Assembly: GCA_000182565.2 (NCBI GenBank)
Contig: KQ257453.1
DNA from: Spizellomyces punctatus DAOM BR117
Taxonomy: Eukaryota
Direction: 5' to 3' (one strand)
Length of the DNA: 64,000 nt
Shown here: positions 11,673-24,768 of the stretch, in pieces
Layout: every line of letters begins with the position of its first letter
Numbering within the stretch: position 1 is the stretch's first letter
Notes under the pieces: model-generated
Databases searched by the model: none
What the model saw: the letters and a program-made list of their open reading frames with translations, nothing else
Told to the model about the DNA's origin: nothing
Translations under genes and position numbers: made by a program

Positions 11673-12599
11673 ATGGAGGACTCGAATCAATCACTCCAAG
11701 AAGAGGAATGCTTGGCGCTATCTTCCATCTACGGCCGGGATTTTCACCAAGACCCTCATCTCCCGGACTCTGCTGATATCACCTTGCATCTCGCGCCGGG
11801 GCCCGTTATCCTACGATGTCATTTTCCGACGACCTATCCTTCAGATGAACCACCTTATTATGAGCTTGTAGCAGAGTGGCATAACCGGGCAGGAGTTGCA
11901 CATGGGATATCAGAGTCAGTACGGAAAAAGGTGGACGAGAGGTTGCTGGATCTATTTGTTCCTGGGCAGGTTGTCGTGTTTGAATGGATTGCAAGTTTGC
12001 AGGAAATATTGGAAGAAGCGTACGGGAGGGAAGACGAACGTGAACCTGATGAGCCACAATCACCACCAGCATCCATACAAACCACTCCTCTAGTTCATAA
12101 ACCCCCTTCTCCAATCTCAGAGCCCAGCGAAGACGGAGACACAACCTTCCCAATGACGCTCCCACCAGACTGTCCTCCCATAACTCACTCGGTGAATCCC
12201 GTAATCGATCGGAAAAGCATATTTATTGCTCATGTAGCGCCCATTGTGTCCCCAGCAGATGCAGCAACAGTGGTGCAGGCGCTTTTGAGCAACAAACGCA
12301 TCATGCGCGCGACACACAACATTTCTGCATACCGGATTGTAGAGAACAATGGTGTCGTACGACAGGACTGCGATGATGATGGGGAGACGGCTGCCGGTGG
12401 CAGATTATTGCACATGTTACAATTGGCGGATGTGCGAGGGGCGGTCGTTGTTGTGTCGAGGTGGTATGGTGGGATCCAGCTAGGGCCGGCGCGATTTAAG
12501 CATATTAATAATGTTGCAAGGACGCTGTTGGAGCATTGTGGGTTCATCCAATCTGGAAGTGACATGCGTGGAAAAGGCAAGAGCGGGAAAAAACGATGA
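11673..12599 (+). CDS. YIH1: IMPACT/Yih1 (RWD + UPF0029 domain) Gcn2 regulator, intronless
   Basis: RWD motifs QEEECLALSSIYG and FPTTYPSDEPP. UPF0029 motifs DRKSIFIAH, ATHNISAYRI, DCDDDGETAAGGRLL and VVVVSRWYGGIQLGPARFKHI. Confidence 0.95.
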   Translation: MEDSNQSLQEEECLALSSIYGRDFHQDPHLPDSADITLHLAPGPVILRCHFPTTYPSDEPPYYELVAEWHNRAGVAHGISESVRKKVDERLLDLFVPGQVVVFEWIASLQEILEEAYGREDEREPDEPQSPPASIQTTPLVHKPPSPISEPSEDGDTTFPMTLPPDCPPITHSVNPVIDRKSIFIAHVAPIVSPADAATVVQALLSNKRIMRATHNISAYRIVENNGVVRQDCDDDGETAAGGRLLHMLQLADVRGAVVVVSRWYGGIQLGPARFKHINNVARTLLEHCGFIQSGSDMRGKGKSGKKR

Positions 12600-12764
12600 A
12601 TCCAGCATGTGCTGGTTGGAGTTCTCTAGCATCTGTACATAGACCAGGTCTCTTTGGAAGATCGTAGTATAATAGTATCCTATTATTCAACATACCCTAC
12701 AACTACATTCCTTTCAAGTACAATCTATTATACTTTTTTCATGAGGGTCGTATCTACATTAATA

Positions 12765-15700
12765 TCACGTTCGCTTCATGCGTCCCCACAAGACCAGGTA
12801 CGCAATCGCCCGTACCAAAACGGTCAAAACCGCGACCATAGTCATATTAAAAGCCCAATCGCTATTCGCACTCTCGAAATCCAACAATCTCAACGCATCC
12901 TCACCAGTCCGGTACAAACAGATCCCATCACGGACATCAGCATCTGAGCAATAAAACTCGAGCCCGTCAAACTCTTGGCTGGCTGTAATGCGGGATACAT
13001 ATCTTGTCAAAAAGGCATAGTTGATACCAGCGAGGAAGGCTGGCATTTTAACGGAAAGGAACCCAGACATCATGACTTGAAGGGAGATAACCGTCGACAT
13101 GATTTGCACAGAGAATCCGACACTGTTCACCATTGCACAAAAAGCAATCCCGATACTTTCGCCAGTATTTATCTGACAGTGATCGAGGTGTTAGTGATAT
13201 AGTGTAAGAACAGTTTTAACGACGCTCAACTTACGAAGCAAAAGACAACGTAGAAAAAGACAAGAAAGTTTGAAAGGGACGCCTGAAGTCCAATCACATA
13301 GATCGTAAACACAGAATATATCAACGCACTTGCAATTTCTGCCCCAATGAAAACAAGAGTAAGATTTCACGCCTTCTACGGGCAATTATAAGAGCACTTA
13401 CCAAATGGCAACTCATTGGTCAAGTAACTGAAAAAGAAGGAGGCAACGCTGTACACATTATCCCTGTACTCGAATTTCATCAGGTTGAGTTCTTGTGGGA
13501 AGACGGCGATGCAGTTGAGCATTCCGACAAAAATGAGGGAACCCTGCTGTTGCTGTAATAAGACGAATTAGAATCTCGTACAATACTGATGGTTCAAAAA
13601 CGGCCAACATACCAAAAGACCCATCCGTGCTTGAACAGAAGGCTGATTCTTACTCAACCGTGCAAAATATCTGTAAAGATCAAGACAACGTTAGTATCCT
13701 ACCGTAATTTACTCAATGTGCAAGCACTCACAAGGTGAAAATAATGCCCAAGGCAACTACTTGCATAATCCTCGCCGCTGCCAAGTTCACCTGACGTCTC
13801 ATATTCACAATACTCCTCCTAATCAAAACCCCTAATGACGTCCCAAGCGGCGCACGCTGTCGATATTGCAAACCCGCAAAGTCCACAGAAGTCAATACAG
13901 CGTCCTCGCTCTTTTGAACTTTTGCCTTTCCATCCGTCGTCCACCGTACAACCAACTCATCAACTCTCTTCCGACTGCGTTCTTCAGCCTCCGCGTTACG
14001 CAAGTCTACTGAAGACAGATCCAGGGCAAAATCGGCTGGGTTGGTCAGCGGCGGTATAACGTGGTTCAAAGATGCTAGGTAAGGGATCATAGAACGAGCT
14101 GGACCCGAATAAATGGGTCGGCCGCCTCGGGCGAGGAGAAGGATTTGATCAAATAGTTTGACAATGTCAGAGCGAGGTTGGTGAATTGAGACAATAATCG
14201 TTCGGCCGCCGGTACTGGCCATTTCTTTCAGTTGGGTCATGAGGTTGTGTGACGTATAGGCGTCCAAACCACTTGTAGGTTCTAAAACACACAGTTTTAG
14301 ATACCAAATCACCAGATGATAGAATCAACATCCGACTCACCGTCAATAACCAAAACGGCCGGGTTGGTCAACATCTGAATCCCAATACTCAATCGTCGCT
14401 TCTCACCGCCAGAAAGACCCTACACAGCACACTATCACGATCCTGCATGTATCGACCACAAAAAAGAATGTCTCAGCCTACCTTGACGACGCCCTCTCCT
14501 CCCACAACCCTGTCCGCGCAATCTTTCAATCCTAGCTCAAAAAGAACCTTCTCCGCTCGCTCAATCTTCTCCCCAACACTCATTTCCCTCGGCAATCTCA
14601 ACAGCGCCGCATACCGTAAAGTTTCGCGTGCTGTGAGAGCAGGCAAGAGGTGGTTGTCGTCCTGGACGACCAGCGAGCAAATGGACGCAATTTGGGCTGA
14701 AGAGTCAAGTTCAACGCCCTTGTATAATATACGCCCCGTTTGGGTCGTTTGGGTCAGCGGGCCGGTGTGGAGGGGTCGACCCATGAGGAGATTTAGGAGG
14801 GTAGATTTTCCGGCCCCGGATGCTCCCAAGATGACAGATAGTTGTCCAGATGGGAATTCCGCCGTGATATTTTGGAGGATAGGAGTAACCGTTGCCGTCG
14901 TCTCCTTTGCCGGATAGGCCTTTTTGGAAATGTACAGCGAGACATCATCCAGTCGAATATCAATTCTCGGAACGCTGGCCTCCCCCCGCTGCATCTCTTC
15001 ATCAATCGCGAGAGTTCGGTCCTTCTTATCCCCATTCTTCCGCATAATCGCCGAAGCATGTCGAACACCAGAATGGGGCTTAAGTCTCAACACCAAACCA
15101 GTGAGGAACATCAGAATGGCATAATTGACGATCAACGCAACAATAGGGGTGGTATAATCGTTGGACTTGAAACCCAAGCTCTTTAAGATGCTTTCGCCCT
15201 GGCAGCGCGGGTCCTGCCCGTTAGTGCCGAGTTCGGGGCATGCGTACTCATTGTTCGTAAACTCATTGGTGGCTAGTAGGCGGTAGCCGTAAGTGATGTA
15301 TGAGATTTCCTGCAGTTGTGGATTAACAAAGAGCAAAATCGGGTGTGAAAACATGAGGTTATTCGCAATAATACCTTGAACCATCGCAGGTAGACGGGAA
15401 TTTGATCGACCTGGATAAACACGTAAAGCAATTAGCTCAAAAAAAACCGGAGAAAATGGCAAAGACCAGCCATTTACGAACCTGAATGAAAAACCCAGAG
15501 GACGTCGACAAGAAGGTGAAAAACGAGTTTCCAATCAAAGAGGCTGTGGCAAAATCTCTCGCCCATGAGATGCAAAAGTACGCCCATCCGATCCTATCAC
15601 CACGTATCCATTAGCATCCAAGCAACCTAAAGCACAACACGTTTGCAGGCAAACTCACGTTACAAACTGCATCAATACGTTTCCGCCAGCGAAAACTCCC

Positions 15701-17632
15701 AAATGCCACATTTCATCTGTCCGCAACCCAGACATAAAGTACAGAATGACGGAAAAGAGGCAAGCCAAGACCACATAGAGGAAGAAGTTGGCGACCAACC
15801 AGCCGAGGAGGTATGGAATCACGCCGTACATTTTGTCCAGTCGCTCGCGGTCAAATACCTTCATTCTAAGACAGAACGTAAGCATCACTGCGGGAGGTCC
15901 GAAAGAAAGATCCTGGAATGCTTACTCCATGGAAAGTTTGTAGATCATGAACATGAGGCCAAGGTAATTTTGTACGGAGGCTGTAATGTACAACATCGAT
16001 TTACGACCAAGAATCCCACTCTGAAAGTCCAAAATCGAGAGTTGGTCTGTCATGCGCACTAGATATCCGTTGGTAGAGCAAAACTAACCTGGGTCTCATC
16101 CAACTTGTAAAAAACATAGCCAACAGCCGTAGCCAAAGTCAAAACTTCCAGGACTGATCCCCAAAGCGTAAGTCGGTCCTGTAACAAATTTCTAAAAGTT
16201 CTCTCGGCAAGAATTTGGGTTTGTCCCAAAAAGGACGCTCCAATCTGCTTGTTCGGCATAAAGGCACAGGGTTCCTTTGTCTTCTCTTCCACAGATGGAA
16301 GTAAAATCTCCATCTCAATGCCCTCCCCGGTGCGTCCAGTCTTCCATGCTTCAACAAGAGTCTTGACTCTCTCCTTTCCTTCCTCTTCTGCCTTTTCATC
16401 CCGATTATCCACACTCGTGACATCAATCAAAAAGTCAGCCGGGTTAACTTGATCGGGAATATCGTAGCCCAGCTTGGCAAAATAGTCCAAAACAGTTGCG
16501 CGTGCGCCGGAATAGACAAGATCACCCCGGCTGAGAAGAACGATGGAGTCAAAGAGGTCAAAGATATCGGATCGGGGTTGATGGATCGAGACACATATCG
16601 TTCGGCCTTTTCGACAGAGGGAGACGAGGGTTTCAATCAAGCTGTGGGACGTGAACGCATCCAGACCTGTGGAAGGGTGTCAGTATGCTGTGGTAGAATG
16701 GTAGAATGATGCGCCTACATAGCCCACACTTACCAGTGGTAGGCTCATCCATAAAGATGATACTGGGGTTAAGCAGGAGTTGGACACCCACCCTACGCAT
16801 ATCACAAAATAAATCGTCTGAGATGATCAGAGCCCCTCGTAAAATCTCGACCCATTACAACGTACGATACACGTCTCTTTTCGCCTCCGGATATCCCTTT
16901 CCGCCACTCATCGCCAACAATGGTATCCGCACATTCTTTCAGTCCCAATTCCAAAATAACGTCCTCGACCAGTTTATATTTCTGACTTCGCGGCATGTCA
17001 TTGGGGAGTCGCAGACGGGCGGCATAGCGGAGGGTTTCGCGGACTAGCACAATGCTGTCAGAGATGCGCTCGGTGTGACCAATAGTGTGTGCACTAAATA
17101 CCGGTTAAATAGGGCAACAGCTGATCACTCTGTTGGACGTATGCAACACGACCGGTAGCAATATAGGTCTTGGCTGGACGGTTGTTGATCAGGATTTGGC
17201 CGGTAGTTTGGACATTGGTGACGCGACCTAGTTTTTTTCAATGTGAGCGTGTAGATTGTCGCAGCAAGTGATTTTGGATTTTTTTACCTGCCATAGCATT
17301 CAACAGTGTAGTCTACAAACATATCATGGTCAGTCAAAGCTGTAAAAAAGACATCTCAATAGTGTATCCGATCATCACCTTTCCACTCCCACTCCCGCCC
17401 TGTTTAAATAACCAAGAACCATTACTATCACCCGCAAGTCAAAAATCCCGGCAGAAACAAAAGTAAAGCATACCATAATGGCCAGCAACTTGCCACTTGG
17501 AACGTGCAGACCCACATTCCTCAGCACCTCTGTCCCTGTAACGCGCCTTGCACCCTGCCATCCACCCCCAACCGACACATACAAGTCGCGAACGCTAATA
17601 TCCGCCGGCTCGACGTGGTCAAAGTTGTCCAT
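12765..17632 (-). CDS. Full-size ABCG transporter (NBD-TMD)x2, YOL075C-like, multi-exon (start approximate)
   Basis: Two NBDs with Walker A GGSGSGK and GASGAGKS, signatures ISGGEKRR and [15 protein letters not shown] and SIHQPRSDI. Each NBD is followed by an ABC2 membrane region. Confidence 0.93.
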
Positions 17633-18074
17633 AAAGTGCAAAAGAAAAGCAACTCAAGGACTAACTGTTCAAAACCACCAAGACGACGAAAAGACCAACT
17701 TAATTCATTCGGAAGGACGGAAACTTTGGAATGAAATTTAACCTCGGAATGGAATTTAACAAAAACTTGTTCATATCCCCATTTCAACACTTTTTGTGCC
17801 AGCTTTGCGTCCAGCCGGCCGATCGGAAATTTCACACTTTTGAGGCTTAGTCTGGTGACTTGCTTACGTACGCATCGAACCTTGACCAAGTGACGTCAAA
17901 GGCGTTTTATGTTTTGGTTATTTTTGTGGATGTTTTTTGTGTGCTTTTGGAGGGGAGGAGGGGCCAATGGCCCAAAGATGAGCGATACTTTTATTGTGTC
18001 GTTGTTCTGCTTTGCGCTGTTGCAGACTGTATTTGGCTGCTGTCACGAGACGTTAACGGACGTTGAACACAGAC

Positions 18075-19496
18075 ATGCTCGTTCTGAGCATTTTAGGGGC
18101 CTTCATCGTGCTGCTCATCTTTCATGATTTTCTGTGGACAACCTTTTCGGTTTCTTCGTATGTCTTTTCTTTGTGTCTCTTTTTGCATGGTCTCCTGTTG
18201 ATAGTCTCGTTTCTATTCTACAGGAATGGTTTCATCACGCGATGGACTACGCGAGGTTCGTTACTATTCGTTATGCGATCAAAATATGCAAGTCAATTTG
18301 TGAACTCGGTTTTTCAGGCATCGGAAGGTTTGCATCCTTGCTTTACGAAACCTTTCCATGGACACGCAATCATTTTCACGCTTTTGCCGAAATCACAATC
18401 GGTGAGACTTGTTTGTTCTTTATCTCCCAAATCATTTCTAACAATATTCCCCGCTACAGGTGTCATCCTCATGATTTGGTATATCGGAACCTGGGCTGGT
18501 TGGTCCCTCATCTTTAGCAACGTACCAATCATACAAGCCAGCAAGCAATCGGACGTCACCCACGTTGGGGAAAACATCACGCCAGCGGATGTGATATACT
18601 ATACTGGCACAGCTTTTTTCACTCTTGGATTGGGTGATTATGTTGTTGACTCTGGAGCAACGTTTTGGAGGATTATGAGCAATGTATGTGCGGCCGAGGG
18701 GATTTTGCTGGGTATTATTACCGTCACATGTTTGTATTCTGTGCAGTACCTGAACATCGTTTTGAGCTGTGGAACTAAAAACAACTTTACATAGACCTAC
18801 TGGCCGCAGTAGACGCCGCCACAGCGACATGCACATTTGCCAACATACTCGTCTGCATGGGCGGATCGCCGACGCATATCTTGATCAATGCATGGAATCC
18901 GAAGACGAAATCGTTTGGATCATTGGAAAGCGCGTTGATTGATGCATCGGATGATTTAGGAATTGAAAGGCAGAATTACATTTTATGTATGGCAGAATGT
19001 TTTTTTTTTTGCTTTTGGATTTCATAAAGTATAAAGCTAACAAAATATTGTTCAAAATTATACAGATCCAGTTCTCTTTACGTATTCGTTTTCCACTGGG
19101 AAACCCGCCTACGACAGCTCACCTCCCCGCATCGCTGCCCTTGATGACTTGCTGACCATCCTCCTGCACGCCATCGACCCTGCTTACACTCCCTCACGGT
19201 ACATTCTCCAAACGACGCGAATGGCATTAACAGCGTATTTGGACATACTCTCCGCTGCGCGCATCGACTCTGCAGAGACCGCACCCCCACCCCCGGATTT
19301 GACATTGCTACGTGAAAAAGGTTTACCAGTGATTGTCAATGATGATATGTGGAAGAGAATATGTGAAAGAGAGAACATTCGGAAGCGACGGTGTTTTTTG
19401 CTGGGTTTGATGGTCCGGTGTGGCCACGATTGGGACGATGTTGTAAGCATTACGTGGCCGGAGAAGAGCGAGCCGGGGATGTGGTGGGAGGAGTAG
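18075..19496 (+). CDS. Prokaryote-type 2TM potassium-channel-family (Ion_trans_2) protein, 5 introns
   Basis: Spliced protein has N-terminal TM/DFLWTTF, IWYIGTWAGWSLIFS, pore helix and filter DVIYYTGTAFFTLGLGDYV, and inner helix WRIMSNVCAAEGILLGIITVTYLL. Cytosolic tail contains YPVL, ALDDLLTIL, PPPPDLTLLREKGLP and RRCFLLGLM. Confidence 0.85.
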
Positions 19497-19644
19497 GATG
19501 TTTGACTAGCGTTTGTACATAGACCTGTTTGATATATTATTTACAAGTACTGACGAAAAAAAAAAATGATCGCAGAGACTATGTAGCCCATTGCCACAAC
19601 CAAAAAAGAGCATATATACAAATGACCACACAGAGCTCCACAAC

Positions 19645-22634
19645 TTACACTGCTCCCCCAGCAACTACCTCCAACCACGGCCCCAGAGCCTTCAACCAGG
19701 GTCCCATCAGTTCTGGGACAACCTCCAACCCCAATGGATCCTTCCACTCTGTCTTTTGCCTATACACGACGCCAAAGCCCGAGGCGGCAGCTACAATGCC
19801 CGGCTCCACAGTGGGAGGCTCCATCATAAAGGTCCCGTCAGAGGAATCGCCAGATTCATCATCGACCATGAGGGCTCGGAGTTGGCTTTCCACATCCTCT
19901 TCGGTTGTGGGCGGTGTGGGAGTCTCGGATGGTGCGTCGGAAGGATCAACGAGAGATTCAAAGCTGGTGATGCTGCGTGCCTTGTGGAGGGGTTTGGGTA
20001 CTTGGAGTGTATTCCGATCGTCTGCAACACTGTCTGCAACACCGTCTGCAACACCAGTGAGACCATCCACCCAAACTGGCCCATGCTCTTCGGCCCAAAT
20101 ATCCTGCAACGCCAACCCAACATCAGACACCTGTAATTCCTCGTCCAAAACATCTCCCTTGGCCACACCCAAGACTCTAGACAGAACCCTTTGGCGGACC
20201 TTTTCATTTCGTTCCTTCTTCCTTGCCCGCAGCTTTTCCAAGTCCCTCATTAAAGCCTCTCGATCAATCGACGGGTTTTGGACGACGGATGCCAAGTCCA
20301 CCACTGGGCCATATCCACGGAAAAATTTGGCAACGTCATCGGCCCAGGATGCGATCTCTGCTAATGAATGGATACGGCCAGGCTGCGCAGAGAGTGTTGA
20401 ACGGACATGCTTAAAAATTCGATGCTCATGGCGTGAGAGAAGGGTGATGAACGGGCGAAGGGGTGGCGCATTTGCATTGCGTGGTGCAGTCGGCCCTGTT
20501 TGCAACTTTTGTGAGCAGAGGCATGATCCGAGCATTTCATGGCCTAGATATACCTTTCGCCTGCTCAATCTCAGCAATCCGCAACAAATCTTCAATGAAC
20601 TTTGCCCCGTCTCGTATGCAGCTCCCCGGATCAGCCGCCTAAAGATGCCGTTGAGCGCTCTTGTTTTTAAAAGCCCACTCGAACGAATTTTAGAACCAAC
20701 CTTGTACGCTTCAGTGAGTGGCTTATAACTGATTGCCAGAATATCTTTGGCGAGGTGAACCACCACGTCCTGCAAAGTAGTAAATGAGCATCTATACACG
20801 AGTTGAAAAGAACAATGGATATCGGACGGACCTCCTGGACGAGATTTCTAAACTGATGTAGACGCCTCATCCTCCAGTAATATCCCAACAGTCTCTCTAC
20901 AGCCTGTCTCTCCGGGCTTGCCGCATCTGGTTGGTACCCCAATATCTGTGCAGGAAGGTCTGCCGAAATATCTGGGGAAAATTATCAATCGAAAGGTTAC
21001 ACCGTGAATGACATTTGAAATTACCTAGCTCATAACCACCCAATGGTGCGCGGTTGACCACTTCCTTGGCACTGATGGATATATCTGGACCTGTAAAACG
21101 CTCAACATATTGAATCTCTTTCAATGTCGCTCGGATTTCATCATCAATGATTCCTGTAATCATGCTTGAGACCCAACATTGTATCAGCGGGGCTGTAAAC
21201 TAATGGTCACACAAGAACGTTGCTCACCTCTGCAATAAGCACTTGGTTCCAAATGGTCGCGCAAGGAGGAGATTTCCAATTGCTTTCACAACCATGACAG
21301 GATTGGTGCTCTTTAGTAATGCTGCCCAGCTCCTATACGGGGCACGGGAATGGAAGGCTTTGAGGCGACGCAAGTGTTCTGGAGCGCGATCGTGCGTTAT
21401 GAACGTGCGGTAGAACGAGGCTGCGGCACTATTCAAGTACATCACGCAAGCATTAGGTATTTTATGATCATGCCTTCCTCAGTACTCTGCATGATACTCA
21501 CCACATTTTCCACCATTCAACAACCATTCTATAATGTGCTGGCAACTCGGAAATCTCCTCGGCTTTACCAATCACCGCAAAAACCTTTGCCAAACCTCCT
21601 GGTTCCAACACCTCGTCCCGGAACATGTCTAAAGCTTTTCGGATTTCATCCGCCTTCTTGGAAGCTTCCTGATCATCGCTATTTGAGTGGACGATGGGCT
21701 CAGACTGGTTCAGAAAATCGCGGAGTGTTGATGTCGGCTGTGATGATAGACTCCAGAGATACGTGGTGAGAGACGTGATCGCGTAGCTCAAGGATGTGCC
21801 TTTGGGTGTGCCAGATACTGTAGGCAAGGCCGGGATGCGGAGGTTCGCCCGGCGAATGAGCTGTAGGATTTTCATAATGTGTTACTGCATATCCTAATGA
21901 GAAAAATATGGAAGATAACTCGCGAACTTGCCTCTTTATGAAGCGATTTAAAAGCACCATAGTCTCGACGCGCGATCGCCGTCCGACCGTTCATGATAGA
22001 TCGCACTGTATACTCCTACGAAATGTATAGACATTTTAGCCGGACTCTAAGCTGTGTACCATTTCCCCATTGCAAATTAGTGGAGACGTACCACAGTCTC
22101 TGAGGACCGCCATAAACCTTTCTTGACAGTCACTTTTGTCTCGACAATCTCCACTTCTTGAAAAACAAACTGCTTTTGCTCCGGGACTTGCACTCCATTA
22201 CCCACTCTTGTCCCTTCTTTAAGCTCATATTCTTCTGTTGTTGTCCTAACAGATTTGCCCAGCATTGCAGCGATAGCATCCACAGCCTTGTTCGCCAGCA
22301 AATCCCTCTTTGCTATATGAGATGCAGTACCACCCGAATCCACCCCGCGGAACAATCCCAAAAACCTTCCGCAAACCCTCCAAAACTCTTTTGGTCCGTT
22401 ATCTGCTGCTTGGAGAGGGGGAAAGGGGAGTAGAAGGCGTGAAAAGAGAGGAGAGAGGAGAGGGAAAGTTGCGTCAGGTGTTTCGGGAGAGGGAGGAGGA
22501 ACAAGAGCGCCTATAGATTCCGGTGTATCCAGCAGCGCTGATATTTCTTTTCGGAGTTGTCTTGCAATTAAAGCCTTTTTGAGCAAATGCACATCTTCTC
22601 CTGTCAATGGTGCGTTTGTGGGTGACGTGTTCAT
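19645..22634 (-). CDS. PX-domain protein of the YPR097W/Lec1 family (PX-associated + DUF3818), multi-exon
   Basis: N-terminal VHLLKKALIARQL..EI, PX-like segment RRANLRIPALP, LKAFHSRAPY, LLARPFGTKCLLQR and FITLLSRHE...FKHV. Confidence 0.8.
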
Positions 22635-23576
22635 GGTTTTCTCTCTCCAGTAAGAGTAATGGAGAAGCGCGGGGGTGTTAAAATAGACGAGGAGCCCCTG
22701 TTTGTGAGCAGGGGAGATGGAGGAAGAAGGGAAACCTGGGCGAGCAAAAGAGCTCACTGGCAGAAAGTTGCCCAGCAAGTCCCCAGCAGGGTTTGAAAGT
22801 TGCTGTGGCAATTTGAGATGATGACATCAGCGATTCTAAAATGGAATCCTTCCAATCCTGCATTTTGTTGGAATATGAGATGCTTTTTTATTGTGTACAT
22901 TGGGGCATGCCACATCAAAGGATTCAATTGAGATGAACGTAAGTGTGCAATGCCATAACAACCATTGGAACGATATGCGTGAGTATGGCACATACAAGTA
23001 CATGGGGGAACGAGTGCCGGAGGATAATAGACTAGCATCCAAAATACGATCGGCGAGCGACCTTTCTTGCTGTAGATGAGTAACATCTTTTGTCGAAACA
23101 AACTAATCGCACATTCCAGCAGTAAACGTTTGGTTTATCGCTCAAGTTCAATCCATTCTTTTCAAGCTGTCCATTATGAAATTGGCATGCACATCAGATC
23201 TCTCGATCTGACAAGGAACCCATCTCATCCAGACTGTGCTTGACTGGCATGTAAAAAGCAATGCATATAGTAGAATTTGTTTTTGCTGCCACCCGTGGTA
23301 GCAGCGGCGACAATCCCCAAGTAAATCCCAAAGCAAATCCCCTAAATAAAGGAAAGCTACTATCCATGGCACCGCTGCATTCACTCCATGATGCGTTTGA
23401 CCCCAGAATGAATCGTTTTTAAATTTAGTTTTTGTAAAAAGGAGGAAATCGTCACTAAATGAGTGGCATAAAACGAATATAAATAGAACACTTTTCGTAG
23501 CCGCTAACCATGTATATGTGACTTTTAAAGCGACTGCACCAAAAAGGGCTTGCCGCAAACTGCCCAATTCTTTTCA

Positions 23577-23948
23577 GAACTATGGACTTTGAGACCAAAA
23601 TTGTCCTCACACTCATTGGAGCTAGTGTGAGCCTCACTTCACTGGTTGCTATATCTCCACAAGGAGTATTACCCATAACCTCGTTAAAATACTGATCATT
23701 GTCCATCATATAGGCTTTTGCTGGACTGGCATCAATCTATACAGTGGGCGTTTGGCAGGCAGTGGTTCAAAAGGATGGAAAGAAGAGCGTTGGAAACAAA
23801 GGTGAGTGATGCTACAAAAGATGCTACTGTTACTTTTATGTTAAGTATGCACATGGATGCATCTGTAGGAACGGACAAGAAACTGGTTGGATTGGAGGGG
23901 ACAAGAGTCGTCTTGGAAGCGAAAATCATTAGTGCAAAGCAGACCTGA
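23577..23948 (+). CDS. Possible small spliced single-TM protein (5' end unresolved)
   Basis: Two canonical GTGAG...AG introns join MDFETKIVLTLIGAS-AFAGLASIYTVGVWQAVVQKDGKKSVGNK-GTDKKLV...AKQT* in frame, giving one hydrophobic stretch. No family recognised. Confidence 0.3.
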
Positions 23949-24768
23949 TGAAGATGAGCAAAAAGAAGCAACTCTGGTATAAAACACATTATTCCTCACC
24001 TTTTTTTCCAAAAGATGCTCGATTTTAAAAAATTCCTAAATATCCATTTGTCCATATCGCAAATATCTGAATTTGAACAAATATTGGCTGTGCAGTATAA
24101 TAGGTACCCTCCAAAAAAAGCCTCGCAACTCTCTTGAAAAGTGGATCTTACAAGTACTGCGTTATAACAAGCATTTGGTGATGAGTGCATTATGTGTCGA
24201 TGAGGGTGATGCTGCGACTGCTGCAACTGAGATAGGAATATATGGAGCACAGAACTTTCCTGCGCACTGAACGAGAGCGCTTGAGTTCACAAGTACTTTA
24301 CGCATCGCTACCAACCTTGTGGGCTTACCAGCCTTGCAATCTTCCAACCAGCTCGGTTTCCAGCAATGTTCACCTCAAATTGCCAGCCCTTGATAGCAAG
24401 TTGATGAAAGCTTTCTTTTCAAAGCAACTGACTATTATTGCAGTGCGATGGATACCCTTTTGCATAACATACAGTAATCTCGTCATCTATCATACATCCT
24501 TCATTTTTCATGTGGATGTTTTGTTGATAGACAACGAGTTCAAAAAGTCAATGTGAGGGAATTGGGAAAAAAGTCAACAGCATTGACTCTATTCGTGTAT
24601 AATGCCAGGTTAGAACGTCCGATCAGCTCCGTAGGCAGTTGAAAGGTACAAGCCGAGTTGAAAAAGGAGGAACAAAAAATGGCCCCTTGTGGTGTCTATA
24701 AAAGTTCACCAGAATATCTACTACGTTCGCAAATCAGCAAGTAAAAGTAATAACCTCAACAGCATGAG

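Noticed and set aside
19529-20728. 399-residue plus-strand ORF
   Set aside because: Antisense shadow of the last exon of the PX-domain gene; S/T-rich with no motifs.
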